DNA of 64,000 bases from Lama glama (lineage: Eukaryota). The notes under the pieces were generated by a model, which did no database searches, was not told the origin of the DNA, and saw only the letters and a program-made list of their open reading frames with translations. The stretch covers positions 79,238,001-79,302,000 of the forward strand of contig CM052816.1 of assembly GCA_028534125.1 (NCBI GenBank). The letters run 5' to 3'. The stretch's first letter is position 1. Every line of letters begins with the position of its first letter. Both the position numbers and the translations under genes were made by a program. This document shows, one piece after another, positions 23,906-36,441 of the stretch.

Positions 23906-26552
23906 GTGTACTTACTCTCTTTGGGTGGGGCAGGAGATGCTGAAGGACCTCAGAGAGAAACCTAGATCAAGTGTGGGGAGCTCAAAGAAATGAGAAACCT
24001 CCCCATTCCTTCTAGAGATTCTGGGGAAACAGTGGTACCTTCTCTACTTTCTTTACCAAGATCTTGCTCATTCTTTGTTAACTTAGAAAAGTTGAGGAAG
24101 AACTTCCTTGCTCTACCTACCCCCCAGATGGAGACATTGACTATATTGCCTTGTCATTATTGTCTTGGGGAGAAGTGAAGAGAGAAGAATAGCCTTTGCA
24201 GAAGATGCTCAGGGCACCTGAGTCTCCAACTGCAGAGGCAAGATCTGAGCATTGATTGGACTGTGAGCAAAGCAGTCCTGTGATGGGGCAGCATGGTTGG
24301 AACTTACATCTCCTCCTCGTCTCTCCTCACTGCTCTCCATTGCTGCAGCCTCTCTCTTCCTTCTTTCATACGTTGTCTTCCTTTAGTTTCACGAGTTTCT
24401 GTGATGTGATGAATCATAGCATCATCATATTATATTTGTGCCTCATATACAAGCAAAACAGAGTGACCTTGTAAGACTCCCAGGATCAGTTGATCATGTC
24501 TTTCCTTTCTTCCTTTATTTATTTATTTATTTTGGATCATTCAGACCCTTTGTTTAACTAACAAAGAACACAAAGAAATTTTTCTTTTTTTTTTCATAAC
24601 GTAATAAGTTACGTGCCCTTTGTGTATAACTGGTTAGAGTCCTAAAGTGCTCAGAGAACTGACCTTTTAGCAAGATTTGAGATTCTGGAATGTTAGAGTC
24701 GGAAGAGTGTGTGTCCTTTTTGATTGTTGTTTTTTCACTTGGCAAAAGTTCCCCCGGCCCCCAGAAGTCCCATGTTTTCTCCTTCTCTCAGTCAATCAGG
24801 ACAAAGATTTTCCTGGGCAAATTCAGGCTGAGCATCTTAACTTATTACTAATCTGTACTATCTGGTCTCTTCTTTTCGAAGGAGAAATTTTATCTCCATC
24901 CTTGACAGAAATTATAGAGTTAGTGAGACAGATGCCAAGGCATTACCTCTTTCAGCATCCTTGGGAAACTGTTTTGAGAGTAAAAGGATTTCTCTCAGTC
25001 AGTTTTTAGTTGATGCTTATAAAATAGCCCCTAAGCATTTAATAATTCATCTTAAATAAGGAATATTTAAAATTTGCTCACCTTGAGACTGAATATTAGA
25101 GGACAATAAAGTGAAACAATAACACTATGTAATAATAAGCAGTGTATGTTGCTATAGGAATGTACTGAGAAAACCTGATGTTGGAAAAATACTCAACACG
25201 TTCCAAAATACATTCTATGAAATCTGTATTAAATGCCCAACCCTCCCACTGTCACTTACCTTCTTTTGTTAATGGTTAGATTTTATCCATAAGGTAGAAA
25301 GTAATCATTGGCCTCTGCCTTCCGCGGGAAAAGAGAAATCCAGGCCAGCACAGCGGAGTGACTGGGGACCCCCCCCAGGGCTAGAAGAAAAGAGAAATAA
25401 TAAAAAACACCCAAGGGTGTCATATAGGGGAAGATGGCTGTGGGGAAATCTAACTTTGCTCTAGTCCTAAGTCAATTGTCTTTAGCATTTTATCAGTGTG
25501 TGCTGAGTCAGTCCCCCGGCTTCTCAGGGGGAGTCCCAGCATTGTGAAGTTTCATTTCCAGGAGAACAATATTTTCCTTCTTGTGGCTCTTCTTTCATTT
25601 CCCTTTCCTCCTTACCCCACATCTTCAGCCCCATGCCTTGCTGTCACTTGTGTTCTTTCTGGGCAGAGTTCGACATGTCATAGCTGTTTTGTCTTTATAA
25701 GATTTTAGTCTCTGTCGTTGGAGTCAACTCAACAAAAATGGAATCTTCGTGTGCCAACTCTTCCCTCTTTGCTGAAGACATTTCTGCCCGAAAGAGAGTA
25801 TTATGATGTCAGGACGTGCCCAAATGTCGATAAAAACGTCAAGAGTGTTGATCCTTGGGGAAAGTGGCATGCCTTATCTTTAGACCCTGGAGTTTCTGTG
25901 GGCAGCTGGTATAGGATGTGAGTTTGTCTACAGCTCAAGGTCTCTCTCTTAGGCCCTTCCTGGTAGGCAGTCCATGGCTGGCTCCTGCTCTAGTGTCAGG
26001 CACAGCACCCCACTGTGTTTTTGAGAACAATCTGGATTAAGTGACATCCTGGGCTGTGGCCCATGGCCTTGCACACATTTCTTTGCCTTGCGGGGAGCTC
26101 ATACCTTCCCACAGTACACTTTCTGAAGGACTGCAGTGCTGATGGCCACAGCTGCATTCAAACCCGGACAACTGGAAAAATTAGCAAGATCCCTCAATTC
26201 TCCATCGCCTGCTTCTCCTGCTCTCTTGGATTCCAGCACCTCCAAAAACAGCACTGGTCTCCTATAATGACCCAAGTGGAATATGCAAAGTCAACATGGA
26301 AGGCAACCCCGAGTGATACTGTTCATAGAATTGCTACAGAGAGGCAGCACGTGATCCTAAAAAGGAGCAAGTGCTCTGTCTCTTCCCAGACTACAGGACC
26401 CTGGGTCAAGCTTTTAAGATACAATTCTTACTTCCAGAAACTTTCCCAGAAAGTACTGCCTTTTTCTGCCTACCCATGTGTAAGCCTTAATGCTCTTACT
26501 TGTCAGTCTCAGGAGACTGTGGAATTGAATATAGGACGTTTTCATTGTTTTT

Positions 26553-27028
26553 TGTAGGTATTATTTGGGCTATGCTGCTAAAATAAGGAGGCCCAGAAAT
26601 ATAGTGGATCTAAGAAAGATGGAAACTTACTACTTTCTCTTATTGTTGATTCATGGCGGGTAGGGAGCTCCACGAGTTCATTAGTTAGGAACCCAGGCTA
26701 CTCTTTCATTTCTGAGGACGGTGCTTGTGTCTATGTATTTGAGGTTAGCTTATCAGCATCATGATCCCACTCCAGCTCTTGGGAAGTAGATAAAAGAAAG
26801 TGAAGATAAACCAGTTGCCTTTTTAAAGGATATGATCTTCAAGTTGTGTATATCACTTCTCTTCTCCTACAGGCCATAAAGTAGTCACCATGGCTTCTTT
26901 AGCTGCAAGGGAGAAAGGGAAATGTAGTCTGAAAAGGGGTAACTTTGTCCCCAGCCAAAACTGGAGGTTCTATTTGTAAAAGAAAAAAAGAGGAGAATGA
27001 ATGTCAAAGAGAACAACTAGTCTCTGCC
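26553..27028 (-). mobile_element. MLT1-type MaLR LTR remnant
   Basis: ggctatgctgct...atcacttct...gctgcaagggagaaagggaaatgtagtct...tctctgcca; antisense MLT1 motifs. Confidence 0.65.
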
Positions 27029-27233
27029 AGAGCTTTACACTCAGTAGTTTTGCAAAAGTGTGCATGATGGGGAACAGAGGCAGTGGTAGCTACCTCCACC
27101 AGTGGGAGGAGAAAGTAGGCTTTTGATCTTGGGATTCAGCGTTGTGAAATGACGTATCAGGTGAGTGGACCTAGATCTGAGAAGGGTGGAGCTTGCACTT
27201 GGGGGATTTTAATATTTATACTAGGGCCATTTT

Positions 27234-27261
27234 CTCTGATCTCTGATCTCTGATCTCTGAT
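27234..27261. repeat. (CTCTGAT)4 tandem repeat
   Basis: Four perfect 7-mers. Confidence 0.95.
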
Positions 27262-29127
27262 CCCAAGAGTCTTTAAAGAGAATCAAAACTCTAAAGCCAG
27301 GGTTCCAAATCTGCACACTCCCTGAATCTCTTGAAACTTTAAGCAATATATAGAGGTAAAAGGTCTTTCTCCCTTTTATTCAACTCTCCAAAGGGTCAAT
27401 GACTCAGAATTTTAATTCCCCATACACTGACTCAGAGGGGGACACCATGCTGAAGTGGTTGACCTGTCATCATGGGGACCTTGGACTATGAGAGACCAGG
27501 CAGCTGTGTCTGAGACCCTTGATTTGAGTTACTGTGTTTTGAGATGCTGCAGTTCTCTAACCTCACTCTTGGTAGGTGAGGGGAGACAGGTTCAAGTGTG
27601 CAAGTCAAACGTGGAGCACTTGTGCTGGTCTCTACTTTCCCTACTCAGGAGCCGATCGGGAAGCCTGTCCATTCTTATTCCATCCTCTGTGACTGGATGG
27701 AGGTTGGTCTTACTCCTGGGGGATGGGGTGGGACTTCTCATCATTTTTTTCTTTCTCAGCACCGCCTGTGCCTTTTCCAAAGCAACTTTTCTTCTCTTTA
27801 CAGGTGGCATAGACTGTTCCCTAACTCTGTCATGTGATTTTTTTAGTTAAACTTTCTTCTACTGCTGGAAGCCGAAAAGGGGATTTCTTTCTGCTGAATG
27901 TAGAATAGTGAAGGTGCAGAGGCAGGGAACTTTAGACTTTGTACCAGTGCACATCTTGTACTTGTTTTTTCACTTGAAGCACTCTTAGTTTTTCCAGTTT
28001 ATTATGGAAATCTGAATTTTACCTACACTGATCATTTTACCATGTCTCACTCAAAGGAAAAATCCTATTTTGAGTAATATTTCAGGTCATTCTGGGCAGT
28101 GTTTTGTGCCCAAGTTTTCAGCGCATCCTTCATAAAGGCCTTAGGGGCCACAAAGGATGGAAGAGGGAAGAGGAGGAGGCGGAGCCAGTGTGCTGTGGGT
28201 CAGCGTGCTGTGGCTTTGGACATATCAATCAGTGCCCTTCCCTACCCCTGCCTGTGGGTTTTACTTCCCATTGTTGCTCTTCTCATCTGCTGCTCCTCAT
28301 GTAAGAGTCAGGCACTCTGAACTCTTGACTCAGGGAAGAAAGATGTCAGTTGAAAACCCTGAAGAAATGAATCTCTTCCAGGCTTTTGAATTTGAAAAGT
28401 CTGAACCTTGGCGGTAGTTAAAGAAAAGCGTGGTATAAATAGTGTCACAGAAAAAAGAATTGCCAACTCCTCTGCCTCCTAAAATACCTCCTCATCCATC
28501 CTTCAGGCTAGAAAAGAATTCGTGTTGGAGGAGAAGAGAATGGAGAGAAGGATGGGGAGTGGGGAATGGCAGGTTCCCAGGCCACAGGGAGCAACAGAGG
28601 GGATCGGGTGGGAAGTGGTGGAGCCCACAGCTGCAAGCCATCTGCCAGTACTTAGGGTCTCCTTGAGAGGTGAGCCCGAGCCCCACCTCTCCACCCTGGG
28701 GCACCTGGCACGTCTCTGTAACTCAGTGCTCCACCACATGTCCTTCCCATGGGCCAGTGAGGATTCCACTTCAACACAGCCATCATCGATTTCCCCTCCA
28801 ACTGCCCAACAGGGACAATGTCTGAGATGGTCTGGCTTTCCCCTCAACAAAGTTTCAGGTCACTGCTAAGTCCCCAGAAGAAAAGTATAGCCTTGGACAT
28901 TAAGACGGGGTTGGAAATAAGGCAAAGAAAATCCCCCTATCTTATCCTCACCCTGGACCTGTGCTCGAGAGGCTGAAGGAAACGAGGTGAGAGTACTCTG
29001 AATCAGAATGGTCTCCTCCTGCACAAAATCTGTTTTATAGAGTGTAGTTTTCTGTGTAGGGTTTTGTTTAGAAAATAAATGAGTTCCATTGCTTAAAATT
29101 AAAAAATCTCTGAATTCTAGTGAAGAG

Positions 29128-29295
29128 GGCATGGACTCAGAGTCGCACCTGAGGTCTAATTCTGTCCCTGCCAGTGTCTCTTACCTGTACTTTCCTAATC
29201 TGCAAAATGAGGGGAACAGTGTTTAATTCTGTGGGTTGCTCTGTGGTTGAAGTATGTGGTTCAGTGCCTGTCACACGGGTATTTAGTGCATGTTT
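29128..29295 (+). mobile_element. MIR SINE remnant
   Basis: ggactcagagtc...tttcctaatctgcaaaatgagggg...cagtgcctg. Confidence 0.5.
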
Positions 29296-31363
29296 TCTCC
29301 ACCCTCTGCTTTCATCAAGAGTGTATCAAACGTGGCAAATGATATTATAAAATGTTAAACCATGTGTCTCCCCTCCCACTAACTGTTACCCCCACGACCT
29401 TCCTCCAGCAGGTCTCCATTGCCCCAAGTGAAAATTGTGATACTTGGAAACAGAAACTTTACATTTCTGGTTTTCTATTTCAAGACAGAAAAGATTTGGA
29501 ACAATTGTCAAGTAAGACACGTTCTCCCTTCTGTTCCTCATCCTTAGTCAATCCAATTTTCTCTCTCTCAACTAAATAAAGAGGTTTTAATTGGGGAAAT
29601 GGAGAAGTGGGGAGAGGTTTGCAAAAGAGAAAGTGTGATGAGCACTTATGGGGAAGAGCCCAGGATCTTGACACCTCCCTGCTCTGGGATATAAATCCAA
29701 GGAGAAAGAGAAGGAGAAGGTCCTTAGATAGGCTGGGGGGCTGCAAGAGTAGTGGGGGGCCTATGCTTCACTTCTCACTTGCATATTGGCATGTTGCCAA
29801 CCCACAGGTTCCTCTAAACCACCAGGACACTGGAGAACAGAGTAGAGGGTGACCCTGCAGAAAGGCGAGAGTGGTCCCAGAGCCTCTCTGTGCCCCAAAG
29901 CCCCAGACATAAGATTGACTTTTTCCTCAGCATTTCTGACAGTTACGTGGACATGACACTGATGCTCTGGGGTGAGGGACTATTGTCAACAGATTTCAAA
30001 TGCATGGGGATGTTGGGGGACAGGGGATACCTCGGATGCCTCAGCAGATGTCACTGTGGAGAGGTAATGTGTATGATGTCTAGATAAAACAGCACATTCC
30101 AGAAGATGCCAGAGAGGGAAAAAACATTTTTAAAGGGCCATGCTACTTCCCTGATGACATGACATCATAAAATCATCACTTATGTCAAACCTCAGACAAA
30201 ACTAAATGTCAACCAAGGGAGAAGAGCAGGGAAAGGAGAAAATTCCAAATGAATTCACGTAGCTGCATTGTAGAATTTCAAAATTAGAAGTGAAGGACAG
30301 TCTGCTTAGGAGATTGTTTATTTAGATCCCTACTCACTAGAGAGAAGTAAAGTAAACCCAAGTTTTATTGCTTTCCCAAAGAATTGGTTTCAGAAAATGG
30401 GGCAGTTTTATAGAAGAAACCTTTCTAACTGCTGCAGGTAGATGAGTTGAGTTAGCATGTTACTTAAAATTAGTTTGGTTCTGTGACAGCTTCTGGAAAA
30501 CGAGATTCTTGATGAGCTCAGCTGAGCTCTGAATGCCCAGCCCCTTTTACTGCAACTTGTCTTTTTTCCTGTCCATATAGACACTGCACTATTTTTTCTA
30601 GCCGCAGAGAATGCTTTGATGTGCAAGAGAGGTGATCCTTTATTTCTGTAACTCGGTTTAGTTTCTACCTTGAATCCCTGCTCTACTAATGGCGAAAAAC
30701 TTGACCTTGCCAGCTCAGAATAAAAGTCATGTGTTTAAATGAGAGTTGGGTCCCGTGCTTAACTACGGTCTGAGTTTCAGGAGATGGATCTGTCTAAAGA
30801 AAAGAAAGTAAAGCTTGTGGAAGTCACCAGATTCTTTTAAAGCAAGAGAAGACCTGCAGTTTCCCCCAAACTCCTGAGATGTCTGCGACCTCAAAGATGT
30901 AAAAACAACTGCCTGTTTGTCTTGCAGTGGGTGATAGGAGGTCGGACACAAGGTCAAGGGCTCAGCCTCCCCAGTTGCTCCTGACTCCCTGACTCTAGAA
31001 TTTTCTTTTCCAGTGGTTCTCAGCTCCAGCTGAACAACGTGCTAGCCTGTGGTACCTGTAAGATTTAGGCTGCCCAGTCTTAGACTAGACCTGCTGCCTC
31101 CTCGTCTGCTAGGATGGGGCTGGGGGGTCCACTGGAAATTCTGGATGCAGGAATGATGGAGAACCACTGCCTTTCTCTCTCCCTGCCAGCTCCCTCCTTC
31201 ATGCTGAGCTGTGGTTGCAGCTTTTACCTCTGACCCCAAATACTCACACTGCTGGTCCCTCCCGACCCTCAACACATGCTGCTAATCCCTTTCTCTCAGT
31301 CAAGTGGAATTGGACTTCCTCAAAGGGATCTTAAATGGGAAATGTGTTTTAAAAGGAGTTTAG

Positions 31364-31557
31364 ATAACCACTATATAAAAAACTAGATTAAAAAACAAAT
31401 TTCTTCTATATAGCAAAGGGGACAATATTCAATATCTTATAATAACCTTTAATGAAAAGAATATGAAAACAAACATATGTATGTATATGCATGACTGGGA
31501 CATTACACTGTACACCAGAAATCGACACATTGTAACTAACTATACTTCAATTTAAAA
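31364..31557 (+). mobile_element. Young 5'-truncated L1 3' end (camelid/cetartiodactyl type)
   Basis: ...ctgtacaccagaaatcgacacattgtaactaactatacttcaatttaaaa; perfect 13-bp TSD AAAAGGAGTTTAG (31351-31363 and 31558-31570) at a TTTT|AAAA site. Confidence 0.9.
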
Positions 31558-32354
31558 AAAAGGAGTTTAGGGAGCATCGTTTTCTTTTCCTTATTTAGAT
31601 TTCCTAATGAAGTCTAATGAACAGTTGACTCACAGCCACTCAATTCAAATTGCTTTCCCTTGCCTCATCAGTCCTGACTGGCAAACATCACCCTAAAACC
31701 CCCATAGTCCTTACAGGTCATTCCTATGGGCTTTCATGTCCTCTGGTAATGGTCAAATCTCTCCACACTCCACCCCACTCCCCAAATAAACTTCTGAAGA
31801 AGAATTAGAGCAGCTATACCCTCTCAATGTTCCTGAGTACCTGAGCCCCTGGGCCAGCGATGCGGGGCTGGCCCACCACCATCCTGGCTGCTGAGCTGTC
31901 CTGTTCTTTCCTCCGTCCTGTGTCACCTGCATCATCGCTCTCGTGTGCAACATTGTCACAGGTGCGTGACAAGGAGAGAAGGCCCTCTCTGAATCAGGAC
32001 TTCCAACCAAATTAGCCTGCTTGGTCCTTTCTCTACTGACAGTCATGGAAATTCCTTCACAGCTTGGTTGGAGAACATCGGAGTGTTGCTCATTAAGGAT
32101 AATCATCTGTAAGTCTCAAACTCTTTGATCCATGCCTGGCAGGCATTTTCTCCACCCCCTTCCATCACCTCCCTTCACCTTTGCCCTCATTCCAGGCCAG
32201 TCTGGTGGCAGCCTTTGGATCTTTTAATGAAAAGTCTTGTTGCTGGAGACTCACGGTAGACCAGCAGTCCCAAAATTCTCCTCACCATTTCTCTAGGAAG
32301 ATTCTTAACATTTGCAAAATAAAAAAGAACGTCATTCTTTCGTATATGTATATA

Positions 32355-32850
32355 CAGTCTTTGGGAAGGCTATGTGTTAAAAAATACATTCTCTCTCCTT
32401 TCATTTGTCTTGGCACTCTTGTCTGAAACCAATTAACCATTAATAGAAGGTTATTTTTTTATGCTCTCAATTCCGTTCCATTTTATGTATCTATCCTTAA
32501 GCCAGTCCTGCACTACATTTTTTACCATAGCTTTGTGATAAATTTTGAAATCAAGAAGTGTGAGTCCTCCAGTTTTGTTCTTTTTTCCCATTGTTTTGGC
32601 TATTTTAGGTGCAAATGAATTTTAGGGTCAGCTTGCCAATTTCTACAAATGAAGAGGTTGGGATCTGATAAGATGACACTGAAGATCTATTTGGAGAGTA
32701 TTGACATCTTAATAATATTGTCTTCCAAACATGAATATAAAGCATTTTTCCATTTTAAAGTTTTCATTAATTTTTTTCCACGATGTCTTATAGTTTCCTG
32801 TGTAAAAGTCTTACACTCTTTATCATAGGTATATATGTTTTTAAGAAAAT
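32355..32850 (-). mobile_element. Old L1 ORF2 fragment
   Basis: Track ORF 32687..32959 contains LKWKNALYSCLEDNIIKMSILSK (L1 consensus [24 protein letters not shown]). Confidence 0.8.
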
Positions 32851-33642
32851 CATTGAGAGGAGAGGAGAGAAGAGGGGAGAGTGATATCTGGGTGAGAATA
32901 TCCCATAAAGTCCCATTCTGACATCTGATTGGAGAAAGTATTACTAACAAAAGAGTCACATTCTAGAATTCTGGTACGATTAGCTAGAATCACAGCACAA
33001 ATACAGGAAGAGCTGAATCATAGTTCAGATGATGTGATTGGAAGAATTATATGTTGTTCATAAGACTCCAATGAGACTGACTGAAAATCTCGCATTTCAC
33101 ATTAAGTGATAAGCTCACAGATGTGCACAGGGGGCAAGGATCTCTCTTCTTTGGAACTGCATTTCATTTCACGGTAGCTACAAGTGTGTAGAAAGCATAT
33201 TGGACTAATAGGACACTGAGATGTCCTCTTCGGGTTTGAGAAATTGGATGATCAGTGTGGCTGAAGGCCACACAGTGGCTGGCTCTCCAAGGGCTTGGTC
33301 AGATGCAAGATGATCACATGTGGCTGAAAACCAGGGGTTCGTATTAGTGGACAGCTGACTTGCTCTGTTTTACTTAAGAAAAGAAAAGGCCATTGTGTGT
33401 ATGTCAGGGAAATATGGGCATGGCTGTGGAGACCCTGAGTAGCCAGAGAAGAGAAGAGGGTGAAGGATGAAGGAGAGAGAGAGAGACCATGAGCTAATGT
33501 GACAACTTCCACACAGCACAGACCTTTGGATAAATTGAGAGTCTTAGGCCATGTGATGGTGTGTTGTACCACATAATAGCTTTATGTCAAATTCCTAAGA
33601 CATCTGTAGTAAAATTTGTATTGGTTGTCAGTGCCTTTACTC

Positions 33643-33645
33643 TGT

Positions 33646-33679
<34 letters not shown>
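33643..33679. repeat. (TG)n microsatellite
   Basis: TG run with one interruption. Confidence 0.95.
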
Positions 33680-33681
<2 letters not shown>

Positions 33682-34339
33682 ATGATGAGTGCTTTTAGAC
33701 TCGCTGTTTGGCAGGAACAAGTTTAGGAAAGGTAGCTGATGGCTTTCACAGAGCTCCAGGCCTCTGTAGGGGGCCTCAGGGGACAGGAGGAGGGGGTGGC
33801 AACAGCACAACCTGCTTCCTCTATAATTAGTATGTGTCCCTTGTTAATTTTTTGACATATTACAACTCCTTTTAGAATTTGATTCTGAAGAGAAAATTCC
33901 ACTCTTAAGAGCTTTTGACTGAAAAACATACAGCTAGATAATCTCCAAAGTCATCTCTGTGGTGTTACAGAATAAATGTGAAAACATTAAAGAAAGAAAT
34001 TGGAAGATACATCTGAGCTTTTGAATTTTGTAGCAGTTTTGTTATTAGCAATAGTAAGGGAGAAACAGATGGGGGCAGCGAAAACTCAAGAGCGACAATT
34101 TAAAGTCTTAAAGAGGCAAAGCTTCCTTCTGCAACTTATTTATCCTGTCCCTTCATTCTTGGGCTCTCTTCTTTGTCTACTGGAACCTTTGGTGTTGCCT
34201 TTGTCTTCCCATCTGCCCTCCTTTGCATCCTCTCTTGTTATCAGTACGAAGCTCAGGAGGCACAGAAGTATCCGTAATCTGTTAAACTGATCCAAAAAGG
34301 TAAACCTCCACTGTCCTCTCTTCTTTTGACTGCGGTGGG

Positions 34340-34474
34340 GTTTTTTTCTTTGTTTTTTTTTTGGGGGGGGTAGGTAATTAGGTTTATCTATTTTTAGGGG
34401 ATGCCCTGGGGATTGAACCCAGGTCCTTGTGCATGCTAAGCATGCACTCTACCACTTGAACTATACCTTCCCCC
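34340..34474 (-). mobile_element. Vic-1-type SINE
   Basis: ctggggattgaacccagg...gcatgctaagcatgcactctaccacttgaactatacc; TSD TGACTG(C/T)GGT at 34327-34336 and 34475-34484. Confidence 0.9.
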
Positions 34475-34699
34475 TGACTGTGGTATTTAATACATTCTGT
34501 CCTAGGCTGTCTACAAAGAGAGAACAGACGGTGATAACAACCTGGTATACTCGATGCTTCTCATAAATGACTCTTCAGATTAACCACTGGTCTCTGACTC
34601 CTCTGTGAACACAATGACTGATCCTTAACGCGCACTGACCATCCTAGGTGCACTGCTCTGACCAGTGGAGCTGTTTATTTACTGGAGATAAATTGTATT

Positions 34700-35200
34700 T
34701 GTCACCTTGCTTGTGCCAGATGTAGTTGTGGTCATAATTACCTAGGTTAGTTACACACTGTTAAACTATTAATATACAAATTGTTATTTCTATGAAGATG
34801 CTTTTAAATTATTTGAAAAAAAAGTTGATTCATTTGTTGCATTGAAATATTGCCATCAGGTTAGGTGGGGAACAATTGTTAATGATTACAAGGAAAAGGC
34901 ACCAACATCTAAATACATTATTTACTCAGTTTCACAGGTATGATTAATTTATTAGTTCGTTTAAAAGAAATAGAAACTGGAAATTGTTGGATGAGGACAT
35001 GGGAAATGACACCAAACTCCAATAAGAGGACCAATATTTAAAAAAAAAAAAAAGCCCTTAATCTTGTAGCAAGATATTGGTAAATAAATACACATTAATT
35101 TGTTTTAAGTTAAAAAATGTTTAGGTTATGATTTTTCAATGATTCCACTCTTTATTTATTATTTTCAGCCAACAGACCAATTCCCACTCTTGTGGGGTTA
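34700..35200. mobile_element. Degraded Tigger-like (TcMar) DNA transposon
   Basis: aaagaaatagaaactggaaattg...ggaccaatatttaaaaaaaaa...gccctt resembles Tigger transposase-derived text; subfamily uncertain. Confidence 0.4.
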
Positions 35201-35999
35201 GAAGAGCTTCTGCAGTAAGTTTTCAGTGTTTTCTTACTTCATGTAAGCATTTATTGTTATATTTATGCCTTACTACAACTCTTTTAAATGATAGTACTGC
35301 TCCCATGTTGCAGGTGTAGAAGGGTTAAAAAAGCCCACTCGAAATTATACAACTAGAATATCTATAGCAAGAAGTCAATAAATGAATACATTGGGGGGGG
35401 GAAACTCTTTTCTAGACAAAATTCTGAGGTTGTGATATTCATTCATTCACTCATTTTATAAAAGATTTTTCACTGAGCAATAGTTAAAGACCAGATCTCC
35501 AGGATATGCAAAGATAAAAAAAAAAACACATCTATTCTCAACATGGAAGGATAAGGCAATTCAAGCAGATAACCCAAATGCAACATGGAAAAGGCTGGGT
35601 GCCATGGGAGAGCTACAGATCTCATCAGAGAGAAGTTACAGGGTGGCGGAGAGAACTTGGATGTGCAGGCCACTTCGCCAAGTCTCAGTATTCTGATTAC
35701 AAAAATGCATGTCATAACGCCTTTGCAAAGACATGAGCCTGAAACGTTTATCAGGAACCTGACGTATGGTAGCTGTGGTTACTGCTGGGCCAACAGACCT
35801 GCTTTCTTCTCTGCCTTCTGGACTAAAGGGTGGTTCTGCTCCTGGGCTCCCTTTTCATCCCACGCAAACTTGGGTTCTTCTACTTAATTCCCAGAGTCAG
35901 GCGATTCAAAAACAAAGCAAGCAAGTTAATCTTAGGAGGTCAGTCACACAATGCACAGAGCCTTCCCCTTTAGCCTCCTGTCCTGGTGCTACGTGGATG

Positions 36000-36441
36000 T
36001 GAAATCCACCAGGACCCCGTGGGGCCCTCCCGGGTACAAAAGCCATTCCGGGTCCCTTGTTTCTTGTTTGCAGGAAAAAGGCTTCCTCTTACTAGACCTT
36101 CCCTGAGTTCCAAAGGGCAGATTCAAACAGTTTCCAATTAGGGACGTGAGGGAGAGCAGAAACAAAGGAAAAGCAGTCAAGAAACAATAGCACAGTGATA
36201 GAGCAGAGTTCTAGTTCCTCTTCAAGGAATACACATAACAATAGGTCTTTGAGTTCGACAGGAACTAAAGCCCCCATCCAGCTGGAGACTGAAAACCTTC
36301 AGGGAATTTGGGTTTTTTGAGATCAAGCTACCTATTCTCCTTGCCTGGCCCTGTGGTAAACCTTCCTCTGCTCCAAGCTCCTACGTTTTGGTTTGTCTGG
36401 CCTCACTGTGCATCAGGCACATGAACTTGCGTTTGACAACA
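36000..36441 (+). mobile_element. ERV1 solo LTR (MER41-like cetartiodactyl family), probably internally deleted
   Basis: TG...CA ends, near-perfect 4-bp TSD gatg/gata, characteristic 3' end ctccttgcctggccctg...ggcctcactgtgcatcaggcacatgaacttgcgtttgacaaca. Confidence 0.75.

Noticed and set aside
26063..26557. Longest track ORF (164 aa, plus strand)
   Set aside because: No recognisable domain or exon structure; length is compatible with chance in 64 kb.
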